Of a stretch of DNA of 64,000 nt, positions 52,719 through 62,707 are shown one piece after another; positions within the stretch are counted from its first letter, which is position 1; every line of letters begins with the position of its first letter. The translations under genes and the position numbers were made by a program. The stretch lies in the NCBI GenBank assembly GCA_963701075.1, contig OY969559.1, positions 64,001 to 128,000 of the forward strand, read 5' to 3'. The DNA comes from an uncultured Nitrososphaerota archaeon (GTDB lineage Archaea > Thermoproteota > Nitrososphaeria > Nitrososphaerales > Nitrosopumilaceae). The notes beneath the pieces were generated by a model that was given only the letters and a program-made list of their open reading frames with translations, was not told the DNA's origin and did not search any database.

Positions 52719-54230
52719 CTATTGTTTTGTCGTGCTTACCTTAAACACTCTTTCGAAATAATCAGACAGTTCGGGCGTAGATTCTTCATCCTCTTTTACA
52801 TTTGCCAGGCTCTTGGCAAGTTGTTTTTTGTACTCTAGTTGCATCTGTCTTGCTATATTGATTCTCTGAGCTTGTGGCGAGCCTGCTCCGTGCATAGATT
52901 CTGTAAGATATCCTACTGCATTTCTTCCAAGAGTCATGTTCTCTATCAACCTCAAGATTCGCATTCTGTTTTCAACGTCAACACCTTTTCGACCCTTTAG
53001 GTATTTTTTCAGCATGGGACCCGTCTCTGGATTTCTAAAGTCTTTTTCAGATGGGAGTGTAACCATGAGTCCTCCGGCAATGTCTTGTGCGAGTCTTCCT
53101 ATCTCATATGGGAATCTTGTAACATTGTGCTTGCATACGTTTGCCAGCATATCGTCGTTTATCCAGTTACCAGACTTGGTACGATAAGATTGATATGAAG
53201 ACGCTACACCTGCTGCGTATATCGTCTCATTTAGATGAGTCATCTCTACTAGCTTGTCTCTAATATGAGATACATGTGGCACTCCATTATAATCAGCAAT
53301 TGCTGCAGATGCTCCAATCAGTACGTCTCCAAGGCCTGTCTTGCAGACATAGCTTCTTCTATGGTAACAAGTGAATCTCTCTACCAGCATTGACGCAAAT
53401 TCATACTCTCCGTTCATAAAGACATATTCCCATGGAACAAAAACATTATCAAAAATTATCATTGCCTCTTGGCCTGAAAACTTGGAGTTGCCTGAATCAA
53501 GGTCACCTTCTTCCATGCTTCGCGTGTCACACGACTGTCTGCCGTAAATGTATGTTATACCTGGCGCATCTGCTGGCACTGCACCCACTACTGCATAGTC
53601 GCGGTCGTTTTCATGCAGTCTCATTGTGGGCATGAATATTATCCAGTGTGAGTTAATGCAACCGGTTTGATGTGCCTTGGCACCTTTTACAATAATTCCT
53701 TTGTCATTTTTTTCAACGATATGCAAAAAGACATCTGGGTCTTCTTGTTCATATGGCGCCTTGCTCCTGTCTCCCTTGGGATCTGTCATGGCACCTCCGA
53801 TTACAAAATTTTCTTTTTGAGCCATCTTGATAAACTCTACCAGTCTTTTGTGATAGTCTGTCTTGTGTTTTTCATCAATTTCAAAAGTAACAGAATATAA
53901 TGAATTTATTGCATCCATTCCTACACATCTCTGAAAACATGTACCTGTAAGTTGGCCCAACTTTCTCTGCATCTTGTTTTGGTTTACCAGATCATCTGCA
54001 CTCTCTGCTATATGCAAAAACCTGTTTACTTGCTGACCGCTAAGCGATGATTTTGCACTTGCAAGCTCGCCTTCTTGTACTGCCAGATCAAAAGTTTCCG
54101 CCACAGCGTTAATTGATGGACGAATCATGGGGTGGTCGACAGGTTCTGGTACAAGCTCACCAAAAAGATAGACCTTCATCTTTCTTCCCCTGAGGCTTTG
54201 TATGTACTCGGCACCTGTCTTAATTGGCAT
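52719..54230 (-). CDS. hcd: 4-hydroxybutyryl-CoA dehydratase (HP/HB CO2-fixation cycle)
   Basis: TCFQRCVGMD, MTDPKGDR, YHRRSYVCK, MHGAGSP. Confidence 0.95.
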   Translation of the reverse strand: MPIKTGAEYIQSLRGRKMKVYLFGELVPEPVDHPMIRPSINAVAETFDLAVQEGELASAKSSLSGQQVNRFLHIAESADDLVNQNKMQRKLGQLTGTCFQRCVGMDAINSLYSVTFEIDEKHKTDYHKRLVEFIKMAQKENFVIGGAMTDPKGDRSKAPYEQEDPDVFLHIVEKNDKGIIVKGAKAHQTGCINSHWIIFMPTMRLHENDRDYAVVGAVPADAPGITYIYGRQSCDTRSMEEGDLDSGNSKFSGQEAMIIFDNVFVPWEYVFMNGEYEFASMLVERFTCYHRRSYVCKTGLGDVLIGASAAIADYNGVPHVSHIRDKLVEMTHLNETIYAAGVASSYQSYRTKSGNWINDDMLANVCKHNVTRFPYEIGRLAQDIAGGLMVTLPSEKDFRNPETGPMLKKYLKGRKGVDVENRMRILRLIENMTLGRNAVGYLTESMHGAGSPQAQRINIARQMQLEYKKQLAKSLANVKEDEESTPELSDYFERVFKVSTTKQ

Positions 54231-54283
54231 ATCTGCTATTTCCTCTCAAAGTAATATAAGCATTATAACCAGGATGTGAGGCT

Positions 54284-56390
54284 TTAAGAGAGGCCAATTC
54301 TTACATCAACCACTTTGCAGCCCTTGCCCTTTTCAAATACAAGCACTGGGTTCAAGTCAAGTCTCTTTTATCTCCTCAAAATCAGTCACAAGCTGAGAAA
54401 TTTTCTGAATACACTCTGATAATTTTTGCACGTCAGATGGCTTTTCTCCTCTTACGCCCTGCAACAATTTGTTTGTCTTGATAGACGATACCATTTCATC
54501 TGCCTCAAAATTAGTGATTGGTGTTATTCTAAAAGTAACATCTTTGAGAACTTCGACATATATTCCTCCCATTCCAAACATGACGACTGACCCAAATCCT
54601 GGCTCTTGTTTTGAGCCAACAATTGTTTCCTTTCCTCCCTTTACCATTTCTTGTACCAAGACTCCTTTGATTATTGCCTTTTTATCGTATTTCTTTGCGT
54701 TCTTGATTATTTCCTTAAATGCTGTCTTTACTTCTTGTGGAGTTTTCATACCTACCTTTACTCCACCTGCATCAGACTTGTGAATAATTTGTGGTGATGC
54801 GATCTTCATGACAACAGGATATCCAATTTTCTTTGCTGCAAAGAGTGCCTCTTTTTCTTTGGTGACCAAAATGCTTTTTGGAAGCGGTACGCCATAGGCT
54901 TTCAGGACCTCTTGTCCTTCCTCTTCTAGCAGGTTCTTTCTTCCGTCTGATCTTACCTTGACAAAAATTTGTTCTACTTTTTTCTTGTTTACCTTGAATT
55001 GCTGCACCTTGCCCTCAGGGGCCTGGGACCACTGCATAAATCTCAGCATGGCCTTCAGTGCCCTGATTGCACTTTCTGCATATTTGTAATGAGGAATACC
55101 ACCTTCGGCAAGTATCTCCTTGTTCTGTATTCCCTCGTCAAGCCCCATCAGACTTGCCAAGATGGTTTTGTTGTGTTTTTTTGAGACGTTTACTATGACT
55201 TCTGCTAGCTTGTTGTAGTCTAACGTTGCTGAAGGTGTACACATTGCAATTACAGAGCCGACATTTTTGTGAGCAAGAACTAGATTTAGGACATGATCAA
55301 ACCTGTTGTAATCTGCATCGCCTACAATGTCAACTGGATTTCTTGATGTGCCCCACGGCGGAATAACTGCGTTAATTTGAGGTCTAATGTCTTCTATGTT
55401 TGCCATCTTTATGCCAAGCTTTGAGCATGCATCCGTTGAAATAATTGCAGGCCCTCCTGCGTTTGACACAATCACTAGATCCCCTTTGGTTGGAAGCGGT
55501 TGCTTTGAAAATGCTGTGGCATAGTCAAACAACTCCTCCATGGTATCAACCCTAATTGCGCCTGCCTGTGTGAGTAAAGCGTCATAGATCTCGTCAGAGC
55601 CCATGAGTGCACCAGTATGAGACATGGCAGCCTTTGCGCCCTCTGGGCTTCGTCCTGACTTTAAAACAAGAACCGGTTTTTTAGCTTGGCCTAGTCTTGT
55701 GATTTGTTTGCATACTTTGAGAAACTCTCTTCCATTTGCCATGTCTTCAAGATACATGACAATGACCTTGGTTTGATCATGTTCTGCTAACATTTTGAGC
55801 ATGTCAACCTCGTTTAGGTCTACTTTGTTTCCCATGCTGATTACAGCTGAAAATCCTATTCCTTGTGCACTGGCATCTTCGACCAGTGCAGCACAGATAG
55901 CACCACTTTGTGAAACTAGTGCAATTCCGCCAGACTTGGGAGTTACCTTTAGAAAAGTAGAATTCATCATTGTCTGCGGAGCAAGGTTCATGACTCCAAG
56001 ACAGTTTGGTCCTATTATCCTAATGTTGTATTGTCGTGAGATCTCTGCCAACTTTTGTTCAAGCTTTGCCCCCTCTTCGTCTACTTCTTTGAATCCTGCG
56101 GTGATTACAATTGCGCCCTTGATTCCCTTTTTTCCACAATGTTCAAGAACAGTAGGCACAACATCATTTTTTGTTACCACTACTGCAAGGTCTATCTCCT
56201 CTGGTACATCTAGAACGCTGTAGTAGGCTTTTTTACCAAAGACCGTTTCTCGAGTGCGACTTATTGGAAAGATCTTGCCGGTATATCCCTTGAGGATGTT
56301 TGATGTGATCGCTCTGCCAACACTGCCTTCTTGGTCTGATGCGCCAATTATGGCAATTGATTTGGGAGAGAGAAAGAAAGAATCAGTCAT
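54284..56390 (-). CDS. ADP-forming acyl-CoA synthetase, probable 4-hydroxybutyrate-CoA ligase (1-nt insertion near 54362)
   Basis: IGPNCLG, SQSGA, SHTGAL, HKSDAGGV; corrected tail ELDLNPVLVFEKGKGCKVVDVRIGLS; adjacent to hcd. Confidence 0.88.
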
Positions 56391-56463
56391 TTTAACGAGA
56401 TGGTTTCAAATTGTTATGTATAATAAGTTTATCCAAGATCCTTCCAATTATTGGGCAGTCGGT

Positions 56464-56817
56464 TCAGCTTCCAAGCATTTTTCCTGCCATGTTTTTCTCT
56501 CGTGGAATCCATGTTATCTTTAGATTCTTGCATTTTGCAACAAGTCCCCAAGCCTCCATTGCAAGGAGTCGTAGCTGGCTGTTGTTTATTGCAAACTCGT
56601 GGTTTAGCTGAGATACGGTATTTTTGGAATCACTGTATATGACAATCTCGTCTTGCAAGTTGTGATGTTTTTTTAGTGCAGCAATTATTGCCATGTATTC
56701 GGCTTGATTATTTGTTATACCCGGCTCCTTTTTGTAAAATGATTCTCCAGTCTCTTGGACAAAGAACCCAAAGCCTGAATCTGGTCCGCCAGAACCGTCG
56801 ACAAATATGCTAAGCAT
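56464..56817 (-). CDS. rnhA: Ribonuclease HI
   Basis: FVDGS, TNNQAEY, SDS, WIPREKN. Confidence 0.88.
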   Translation of the reverse strand: MLSIFVDGSGGPDSGFGFFVQETGESFYKKEPGITNNQAEYMAIIAALKKHHNLQDEIVIYSDSKNTVSQLNHEFAINNSQLRLLAMEAWGLVAKCKNLKITWIPREKNMAGKMLGS

Positions 56818-57259
56818 TCTTGTACAACCTCATTAGTTTGACGCTCAGATTTATTGTTACCATATAGATGCAAGTTGAGATGGACTGTGACACAAGAGAT
56901 GCAAGATATGCTTCATAGGAATCTGTCAGCAAGTAATATTGCAGCGACCACCTTGCAATTGTATAGACGACTTCACCTATTCCAAGCGATGAGATTATTT
57001 TTATTAGATCTCTTCTCAGGTTTGTCCTGTCAACCTCACCTGATTCTAGCATGTACTTTTTTTTGTTGTCGAAATAAAACAGGGCACCAAAAGTTGTGAA
57101 ATATACGATATAATCAACAACAAGAGTTATTGTTGTGTTAACATAGCTTTGTTGGTTTGACATGGACTGGGCTACAATGGCAGAAATTACAATTGATGCA
57201 GAGAATCCAAGTAGAATGTTTTTGTTAAGCCTCAGATATTCTTTGTATTGCTGTTTCAC
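56810..57259 (-). CDS. Four-TM membrane protein (GtrA-like)
   Basis: Four hydrophobic segments in 149 aa. Confidence 0.65.
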   Translation of the reverse strand: MKQQYKEYLRLNKNILLGFSASIVISAIVAQSMSNQQSYVNTTITLVVDYIVYFTTFGALFYFDNKKKYMLESGEVDRTNLRRDLIKIISSLGIGEVVYTIARWSLQYYLLTDSYEAYLASLVSQSISTCIYMVTINLSVKLMRLYKNA

Positions 57260-57294
57260 GGGTTGACTTTGTTCTAGTTACAAATAAACTGAAT

Positions 57295-57579
57295 CTATTG
57301 CAGTGTTATTTTCAAAAGTATTAGGATTCCTGCTAGCTCTGCCGTATGCACTGCCAAAAGATATGGCAGAAGAGCCACTGCATAAAGTTCCATCATTGAG
57401 AAATATGCATAAACCGTGATTACATTGTGCAAGAAGAGCAGGCCTGAGAAAAATATCATGCCCAGCGGAAGCTGTGCCTTTGTTTTCGAATACATCTTGC
57501 CAAAGACTCCCATTAGTATTCCCAATACTACCATGTTGGCGCTTGAGACAATTGTGCTTGCAGTCATTATGGGTTCCAT
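57295..57579 (-). CDS. Small three-TM membrane protein
   Basis: Hydrophobic 94-aa ORF directly downstream of the wHTH gene. Confidence 0.75.
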   Translation of the reverse strand: MEPIMTASTIVSSANMVVLGILMGVFGKMYSKTKAQLPLGMIFFSGLLFLHNVITVYAYFSMMELYAVALLPYLLAVHTAELAGILILLKITLQ

Positions 57580-57606
57580 GTGTAAAAAACTTCAGCCTCG
57601 CAGAGC

Positions 57607-57909
57607 TTATTTACTTTTTTCCAATTTGGCTACAATTTCATCAAATGCCATCAAGTTGACCTCCAAAAATGTAGATATGAAATAAGTCGCGCCGTATTTT
57701 TCTCCTACACGCGTTATGAGGTTGTTTTTTTCAAGCACACCGATATGGTGCTGTATTGCCTTGTAGTCTAAATCCAGCTCTTTTGCCAGTTGGTTTGCAT
57801 TAAGAGGCCTTTCACGTATAACAGAGATGATTCTCATCCGGTTCGGCCCGCCTTTTGAGCCCATGAACACAAACCAGAGAAGGCGCTTTGCATAAGGATC
57901 TGCAGGCAT
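57607..57909 (-). CDS. ArsR-like winged-HTH regulator
   Basis: GSKGGPNR, NANQLAKELDLDYKAIQHH. Confidence 0.88.
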   Translation of the reverse strand: MPADPYAKRLLWFVFMGSKGGPNRMRIISVIRERPLNANQLAKELDLDYKAIQHHIGVLEKNNLITRVGEKYGATYFISTFLEVNLMAFDEIVAKLEKSK

Positions 57910-58096
57910 TGATGCCTTCCTGTACCCCTACTAATTAAAACATCTTTGGGGTTTTTTTAACAATTGTAAAGTTCAGGCTTCAAGTAATGGTAAATTTGTA
58001 TCAGAAAGATAGGGCGCCTTTGTTTGGAACAATGTCATACAACATTCTTACATTTGAAGAAACCTTTTTTGTAGAATTTTGCCCATACTCAGATAA

Positions 58097-60199
58097 CTAT
58101 GAAAGACCAATCCTAACATCTACTACCTTGCATCCCTTTCCTTCCTCAAAAACTACGGCAGGATTCAAGTCAAGTTCCTTTATTTGAGGAAAATCTGTTG
58201 CTAATTGTGATATTCTCTGTATGCATTCTGCCAGTTTTTTGATATCTGATGGTCTCTCACCACGTACCCCATGGAGAAGTTGACTTGTTCTAATTGAGGA
58301 TACCATGCCAGAAGCTTCCACGTCTGTGACTGGTGCAACCCTAAAAACAACATCTTTTAGGAATTGGACATAAATTCCACCCATTCCAAACATCACTACT
58401 GGACCAAATCCAGGCTCTTGCTTGGAACCAATTATTGTCTCCTTGCCACCAGCAACCATTTCCTGCACAAGAATGCCTCTTATCTCGGCGTTTGGGTTGT
58501 ATTGCTTGGCATTTTTTGCTATCTGCACAAAGGCATCTCTCGCTTCTGTCTCGGTTTTGACATTTACTATTACTCCACCTGCATCGGATTTGTGCAATAT
58601 TTGAGGCGATGATATCTTCATCACTACTGGAAACCCAATATCTTTTGCGATTGTAACGGCCTCATATTCGGTTTTGGCAACTTTGCTTATGGGAATTGGA
58701 ATACCATAAGCTTTCAAAACATTCATCCCTTCTTCTTGAAACAGCGTTGATCTTCCCTCGTCTCTTGCCCTTCTTAGCAACTCCTCAACCTCATCTTTGT
58801 TTACTTCAAATTTTGCGATACTTCCTTCTGGAGATTTTACCCATTCTGCAAATTGCAGCATGGCCTTGAGCGATTTTATTGCTTCCCCACAGTAATTGTA
58901 GTACGGTATGTTTCCCTCTGCCAGAATCTCTTTATTTCTATGTCCTTCGTCTTCTCCTATCAGACTTGCAAGCATCGTCTTGCCGTATTTTTTTGACATT
59001 GCAACAATTACCTCGGCAAGCTTGTTGTAATCAAGTATTGCAGAGGGTGTACACATTGTTACCACAGATCCCACATTTGGATGAGCAAGAACAATGTCGA
59101 GGACATTTTTGAAGCGTTCATGGTCTGCATCGCCTACTATATCTACGGGATTTCTGGAACTGCCCCAAGGCGGTATCACGGCATCTATATTTGGCCGAAT
59201 ATCAGAAATATCAGCCATCTTTATGCCAAATTTCTCGCATGCGTCAGTTGAGATTATGGCAAGACCTCCTGCATTAGATACAATTACCATATCTCCTTTG
59301 ATAGGTATTGGTTGTTTTGCAAAAGCTGTAGCGTAATCAAATAATTCCTCCATGTCATCAACTCGTATTGCACCTGCCTGTCTTAGGGCTGCATCGTAGA
59401 CCTCGTCTGAGCCCATGAGTGCACCTGTGTGCGACATTGCAGCCTTTGCGCCACGTGCACTGCGACCAGATTTTAAGACCAGAACTGGTTTTTTGATATC
59501 ATTGCGTTTTGTTATCTGCTTGCAAATGTCAATGAACTTGTTACCGTCATGCATGTCCTCAAGATACATCACTATAACTTTGGTCTGGGGATGCAAAGAT
59601 AGTATTTCAAGTATCTCAACCTCGGTTTGGTCAACCTTGTTTCCCATACTTATTACCGCAGAAAAGCCCACATCTTCCATACTTGCATTTTCAACCAAGG
59701 CAGCACATATCGCGCCGCTCTGAGATACCAGTGCAATATTTCCTGGCTTGGGAATGCTTTTGAGAAATGTCGCGTTCATCATCACCTTTGGATCCAAATT
59801 CATTACCCCAATACAGTTTGGTCCTATCACTTTGATGCTATGTCTCTGGGCGATGGTTCTTACTTCGTCTTCAAGTTTTGCTCCCTCCTTGCCGGTTTCT
59901 TTGAAGCCTGCTGTGATTATGATTACGCCCTTCACTTTTTTTATTCCGCATTCCTCCATTATTTTTGGAACAGTTGTATTCCTTGTTACAATGACAGCCA
60001 AGTCAATTTCCTGAGGTACTTCTACTACGTTTTTGTATGATTTTATACCAAAGACGGAATCCTTGGTGGGGTTTACTGGAAAAACTAATCCTTTAAAGTC
60101 TTTTACAATATTTGAGGTTATCGCGTGACCAACACTTCCTTCCTTGTCTGTAGCACCTATTACTGCAATAGATCTTGGGGAGAGAATGGAATAACTCAA
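58097..60199 (-). CDS. Second ADP-forming acyl-CoA synthetase, paralog of 54284-56390
   Basis: Collinear with copy 1; SHTGAL catalytic His intact. Confidence 0.9.
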   Translation of the reverse strand: MSYSILSPRSIAVIGATDKEGSVGHAITSNIVKDFKGLVFPVNPTKDSVFGIKSYKNVVEVPQEIDLAVIVTRNTTVPKIMEECGIKKVKGVIIITAGFKETGKEGAKLEDEVRTIAQRHSIKVIGPNCIGVMNLDPKVMMNATFLKSIPKPGNIALVSQSGAICAALVENASMEDVGFSAVISMGNKVDQTEVEILEILSLHPQTKVIVMYLEDMHDGNKFIDICKQITKRNDIKKPVLVLKSGRSARGAKAAMSHTGALMGSDEVYDAALRQAGAIRVDDMEELFDYATAFAKQPIPIKGDMVIVSNAGGLAIISTDACEKFGIKMADISDIRPNIDAVIPPWGSSRNPVDIVGDADHERFKNVLDIVLAHPNVGSVVTMCTPSAILDYNKLAEVIVAMSKKYGKTMLASLIGEDEGHRNKEILAEGNIPYYNYCGEAIKSLKAMLQFAEWVKSPEGSIAKFEVNKDEVEELLRRARDEGRSTLFQEEGMNVLKAYGIPIPISKVAKTEYEAVTIAKDIGFPVVMKISSPQILHKSDAGGVIVNVKTETEARDAFVQIAKNAKQYNPNAEIRGILVQEMVAGGKETIIGSKQEPGFGPVVMFGMGGIYVQFLKDVVFRVAPVTDVEASGMVSSIRTSQLLHGVRGERPSDIKKLAECIQRISQLATDFPQIKELDLNPAVVFEEGKGCKVVDVRIGLS

Positions 60200-60564
60200 A
60201 GTCTTAGAATCGTTCCCTGTATTTCTTAATTAGGTCAGCAATCTTTCTTCCCATTGACAAAGGACTGTTTTTGTTCAACCTGAGAATGGAATCACACAAT
60301 GGTTCAAGGGACATATAGGACGACATCAGATCACGCTTATGCTGAAGTATTAACTTCTTTTAACAATTCTGGTAATTCTCAATGTTAATAATGAAGATTG
60401 GAAATGATCGCATCAAAAATAATTCTTTACTCTTCAGCTGTTTGATTAAATCCAGTCCCAAAGATAGTGTCATACCACCAGAAGATTGACTTTTCAACAA
60501 TAATGACGAGTCCTGTATGAGGCCTAAAGAATAACTGATAAATTGGATCATATCATAACTGAGC

Positions 60565-61446
60565 TTGATGCTAGACTATGATTACCCTTTGTACAGGCCA
60601 CCATCGGAGGGCAAGTCACTTATTTTTCAGGTAACATTGGGATGCTCATTTAACAAATGTTCGTACTGTGACATGTATAGAACAAAAGAATACCAAGAAA
60701 GGCCGTGGGATGAGATAAAGATGGAAATTGATCTTGCTTCAAAACACATGCCTGGAACAACAAGAATATTTCTTGCAGATGGAGATGCGTTGAACCTGTC
60801 AACAGAGAGAATGTTACAGATTTTAGATTACATACAAGGCAAGTTTCCAAATCTTGAGAGAATTTCGTGCTATGCCATGCCAAAAAATATTTTGGAAAAA
60901 TCTACAGAGGACCTGAAAAAACTTTACGACGCCGGGCTTACCATGTTCTATATCGGCATAGAGACAGGTTCTGATATCATACTGAAAAAAATTACAAAGG
61001 GTGCAACTAGCCAGACAATCATCAAGGCATGCCAAAAGGCAAAGGACTCTGGCTATACTATATCATGCATGGTGATTCTAGGCCTTGGCGGAAAAAAGTA
61101 CTCAAAGCAACACATTGAGGATACTGCAAAGATTCTCAGCGTGACCTCCCCTCATTATGTGGGAGCCCTAACTTTGCACCTAGACAAAGGAATACGCGAA
61201 GAGTTCCTCACCAAGTTCAAGGAACCTTTTCTGGTAATTGATGATTCTGATGCGCTAGATGAGATAGAGTCTCTTGTGAGCAAGATGGAACCCAAGACTC
61301 CGGTAATTTTCCGAGCCAACCATGGCTCCAATGCATATCCAATAGGTGGTACATTTCCACAAGAGAAGCAACAGATGCTGGAAAAAATTACATATCTTAG
61401 AAAACATCCGGAATTGTGCAGACCAGTAGGTTTTAGGGCATTCTAG
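60565..61446 (+). CDS. Radical SAM protein
   Basis: YRPPSE, CSFNKCSYC, FRANHGSN. Confidence 0.9.
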   Translation: MMLDYDYPLYRPPSEGKSLIFQVTLGCSFNKCSYCDMYRTKEYQERPWDEIKMEIDLASKHMPGTTRIFLADGDALNLSTERMLQILDYIQGKFPNLERISCYAMPKNILEKSTEDLKKLYDAGLTMFYIGIETGSDIILKKITKGATSQTIIKACQKAKDSGYTISCMVILGLGGKKYSKQHIEDTAKILSVTSPHYVGALTLHLDKGIREEFLTKFKEPFLVIDDSDALDEIESLVSKMEPKTPVIFRANHGSNAYPIGGTFPQEKQQMLEKITYLRKHPELCRPVGFRAF

Positions 61447-61579
61447 AATTATTGTCTAGCGACCAGCACAATTGTGAATGCAGTTTGCCAGAAATGCCAA
61501 CGCATAAGCTAGCAAGTCCATCATAGTGCCAATTCATCGAGCATGTATGAAAAACTGCGCATATTTTTGTGTAATGATA

Positions 61580-62212
61580 TCAGCTTGTTGAATTTGTTAC
61601 TGTGAAATGATTTATCGAGAGATGGCCCCACTCGTCATCTCCCACTAGGGTGTATACTCCGGGCATGAGTGTTTGGAATTTCTGGCCGTTATAGTATCCA
61701 TCAAATGCCACATGGTACTGCATTGGTACTTGATAGTTTGTTGAATTGTAGGTTTCAATTACTGCTTGGTTGCTTGAGGGCTGGAATACATAGTCTACAA
61801 TACCAATTGTTTTACACATGTAGACACCGCTCTTATAAAACGCTAGACGTTTACCTTCAGTCATGTTCTCTACTGAATAGTTTCCCTCAAACAAGGCCAT
61901 GCCAAAGGGCAGATGAAATAGGCAAGGCAGTATGCTCCATTGTTTTACAGGCCAGTTATGTTGTGGACGCAGGGTCAGTACGTTTGGTGATGTGTTGTCA
62001 AGTACAATATCCATTGCAATCCCCTGCCCTGCCTTTATTTGAGTGGAATTCACAGATACATCAAGCGAGAGCATGGACGGCGGCGTATTTTCAGAGATTG
62101 GCTGATATGGTTGACTGGGGTTGAATATATGAGAGAACGATACAATTGCTCCAAATGTTACAATTACTCCAATGCTTATTGCCATAATGATGTAAAGAGT
62201 TAGTGACTTCAT
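61580..62212 (-). CDS. Membrane-anchored exported protein
   Basis: N-terminal TM; PGVYTLVGDDEWG; ATGA overlap with the upstream gene. Confidence 0.75.
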   Translation of the reverse strand: MKSLTLYIIMAISIGVIVTFGAIVSFSHIFNPSQPYQPISENTPPSMLSLDVSVNSTQIKAGQGIAMDIVLDNTSPNVLTLRPQHNWPVKQWSILPCLFHLPFGMALFEGNYSVENMTEGKRLAFYKSGVYMCKTIGIVDYVFQPSSNQAVIETYNSTNYQVPMQYHVAFDGYYNGQKFQTLMPGVYTLVGDDEWGHLSINHFTVTNSTS

Positions 62213-62697
62213 ATTCTTCCACCCAGTTTTACGCTGCCCAGTCCTCGATTAGATACTATTCCATAAAAAATAAGAAGCGTTGCTATACTTGCTGCAAGTA
62301 CAATCCCAGATGCTGGAAACTCTGGCACAGGAGTTGTTTTTTCTGTACTTTGAGTGATAACAAACCCGTCAATTCTTGCACTAGCTGTTATGTTCAGGTT
62401 ACCTGGAGCGGCAGTAAGCGGCACCTTGAACTGAAGATTAAAGTTTCCATTCTGATCTGCCTGTACAGTTCTAATCAAAAGCAGATTTCCCTTTGCATCC
62501 TTTACTTGGATGGCAACAAGTTGGCCTGGAGTTACGTCATTGACAAAACCCGTGAGGTTCACTGTATCCCCTGGACCATACATGCTCTTGGATGTGTTAA
62601 TAGTAATTGATTCATTGCCCAGCTGTGCATAAGAGCTTGGCATAGCAAGCGCTACCAGAGACAAGGCAACTATTGCAAGTAGTGATGAGATTTTCAA
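62209..62697 (-). CDS. PEF(G)-CTERM sorted surface protein
   Basis: Signal peptide, Ig-like domain, PVPEFP followed by a TM helix. Confidence 0.85.
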   Translation of the reverse strand: MKISSLLAIVALSLVALAMPSSYAQLGNESITINTSKSMYGPGDTVNLTGFVNDVTPGQLVAIQVKDAKGNLLLIRTVQADQNGNFNLQFKVPLTAAPGNLNITASARIDGFVITQSTEKTTPVPEFPASGIVLAASIATLLIFYGIVSNRGLGSVKLGGRI

Positions 62698-62707
62698 TTT
62701 GCCATAC

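Noticed and set aside
60360-60551. 63-aa ORF between CoA ligase 2 and the radical SAM gene
   Set aside because: No motif and a non-ATG start; cannot be supported
61449-61524. Possible 24-aa single-TM microprotein (MMDLLAYALAFLA...AFTIVLVARQ)
   Set aside because: Requires an indel that is not at an AGCT; too short to support
61669-62610. Plus-strand ORFs of 135-151 aa and the many other antisense ORFs in the track
   Set aside because: They lie opposite well-supported genes and lack recognisable motifs
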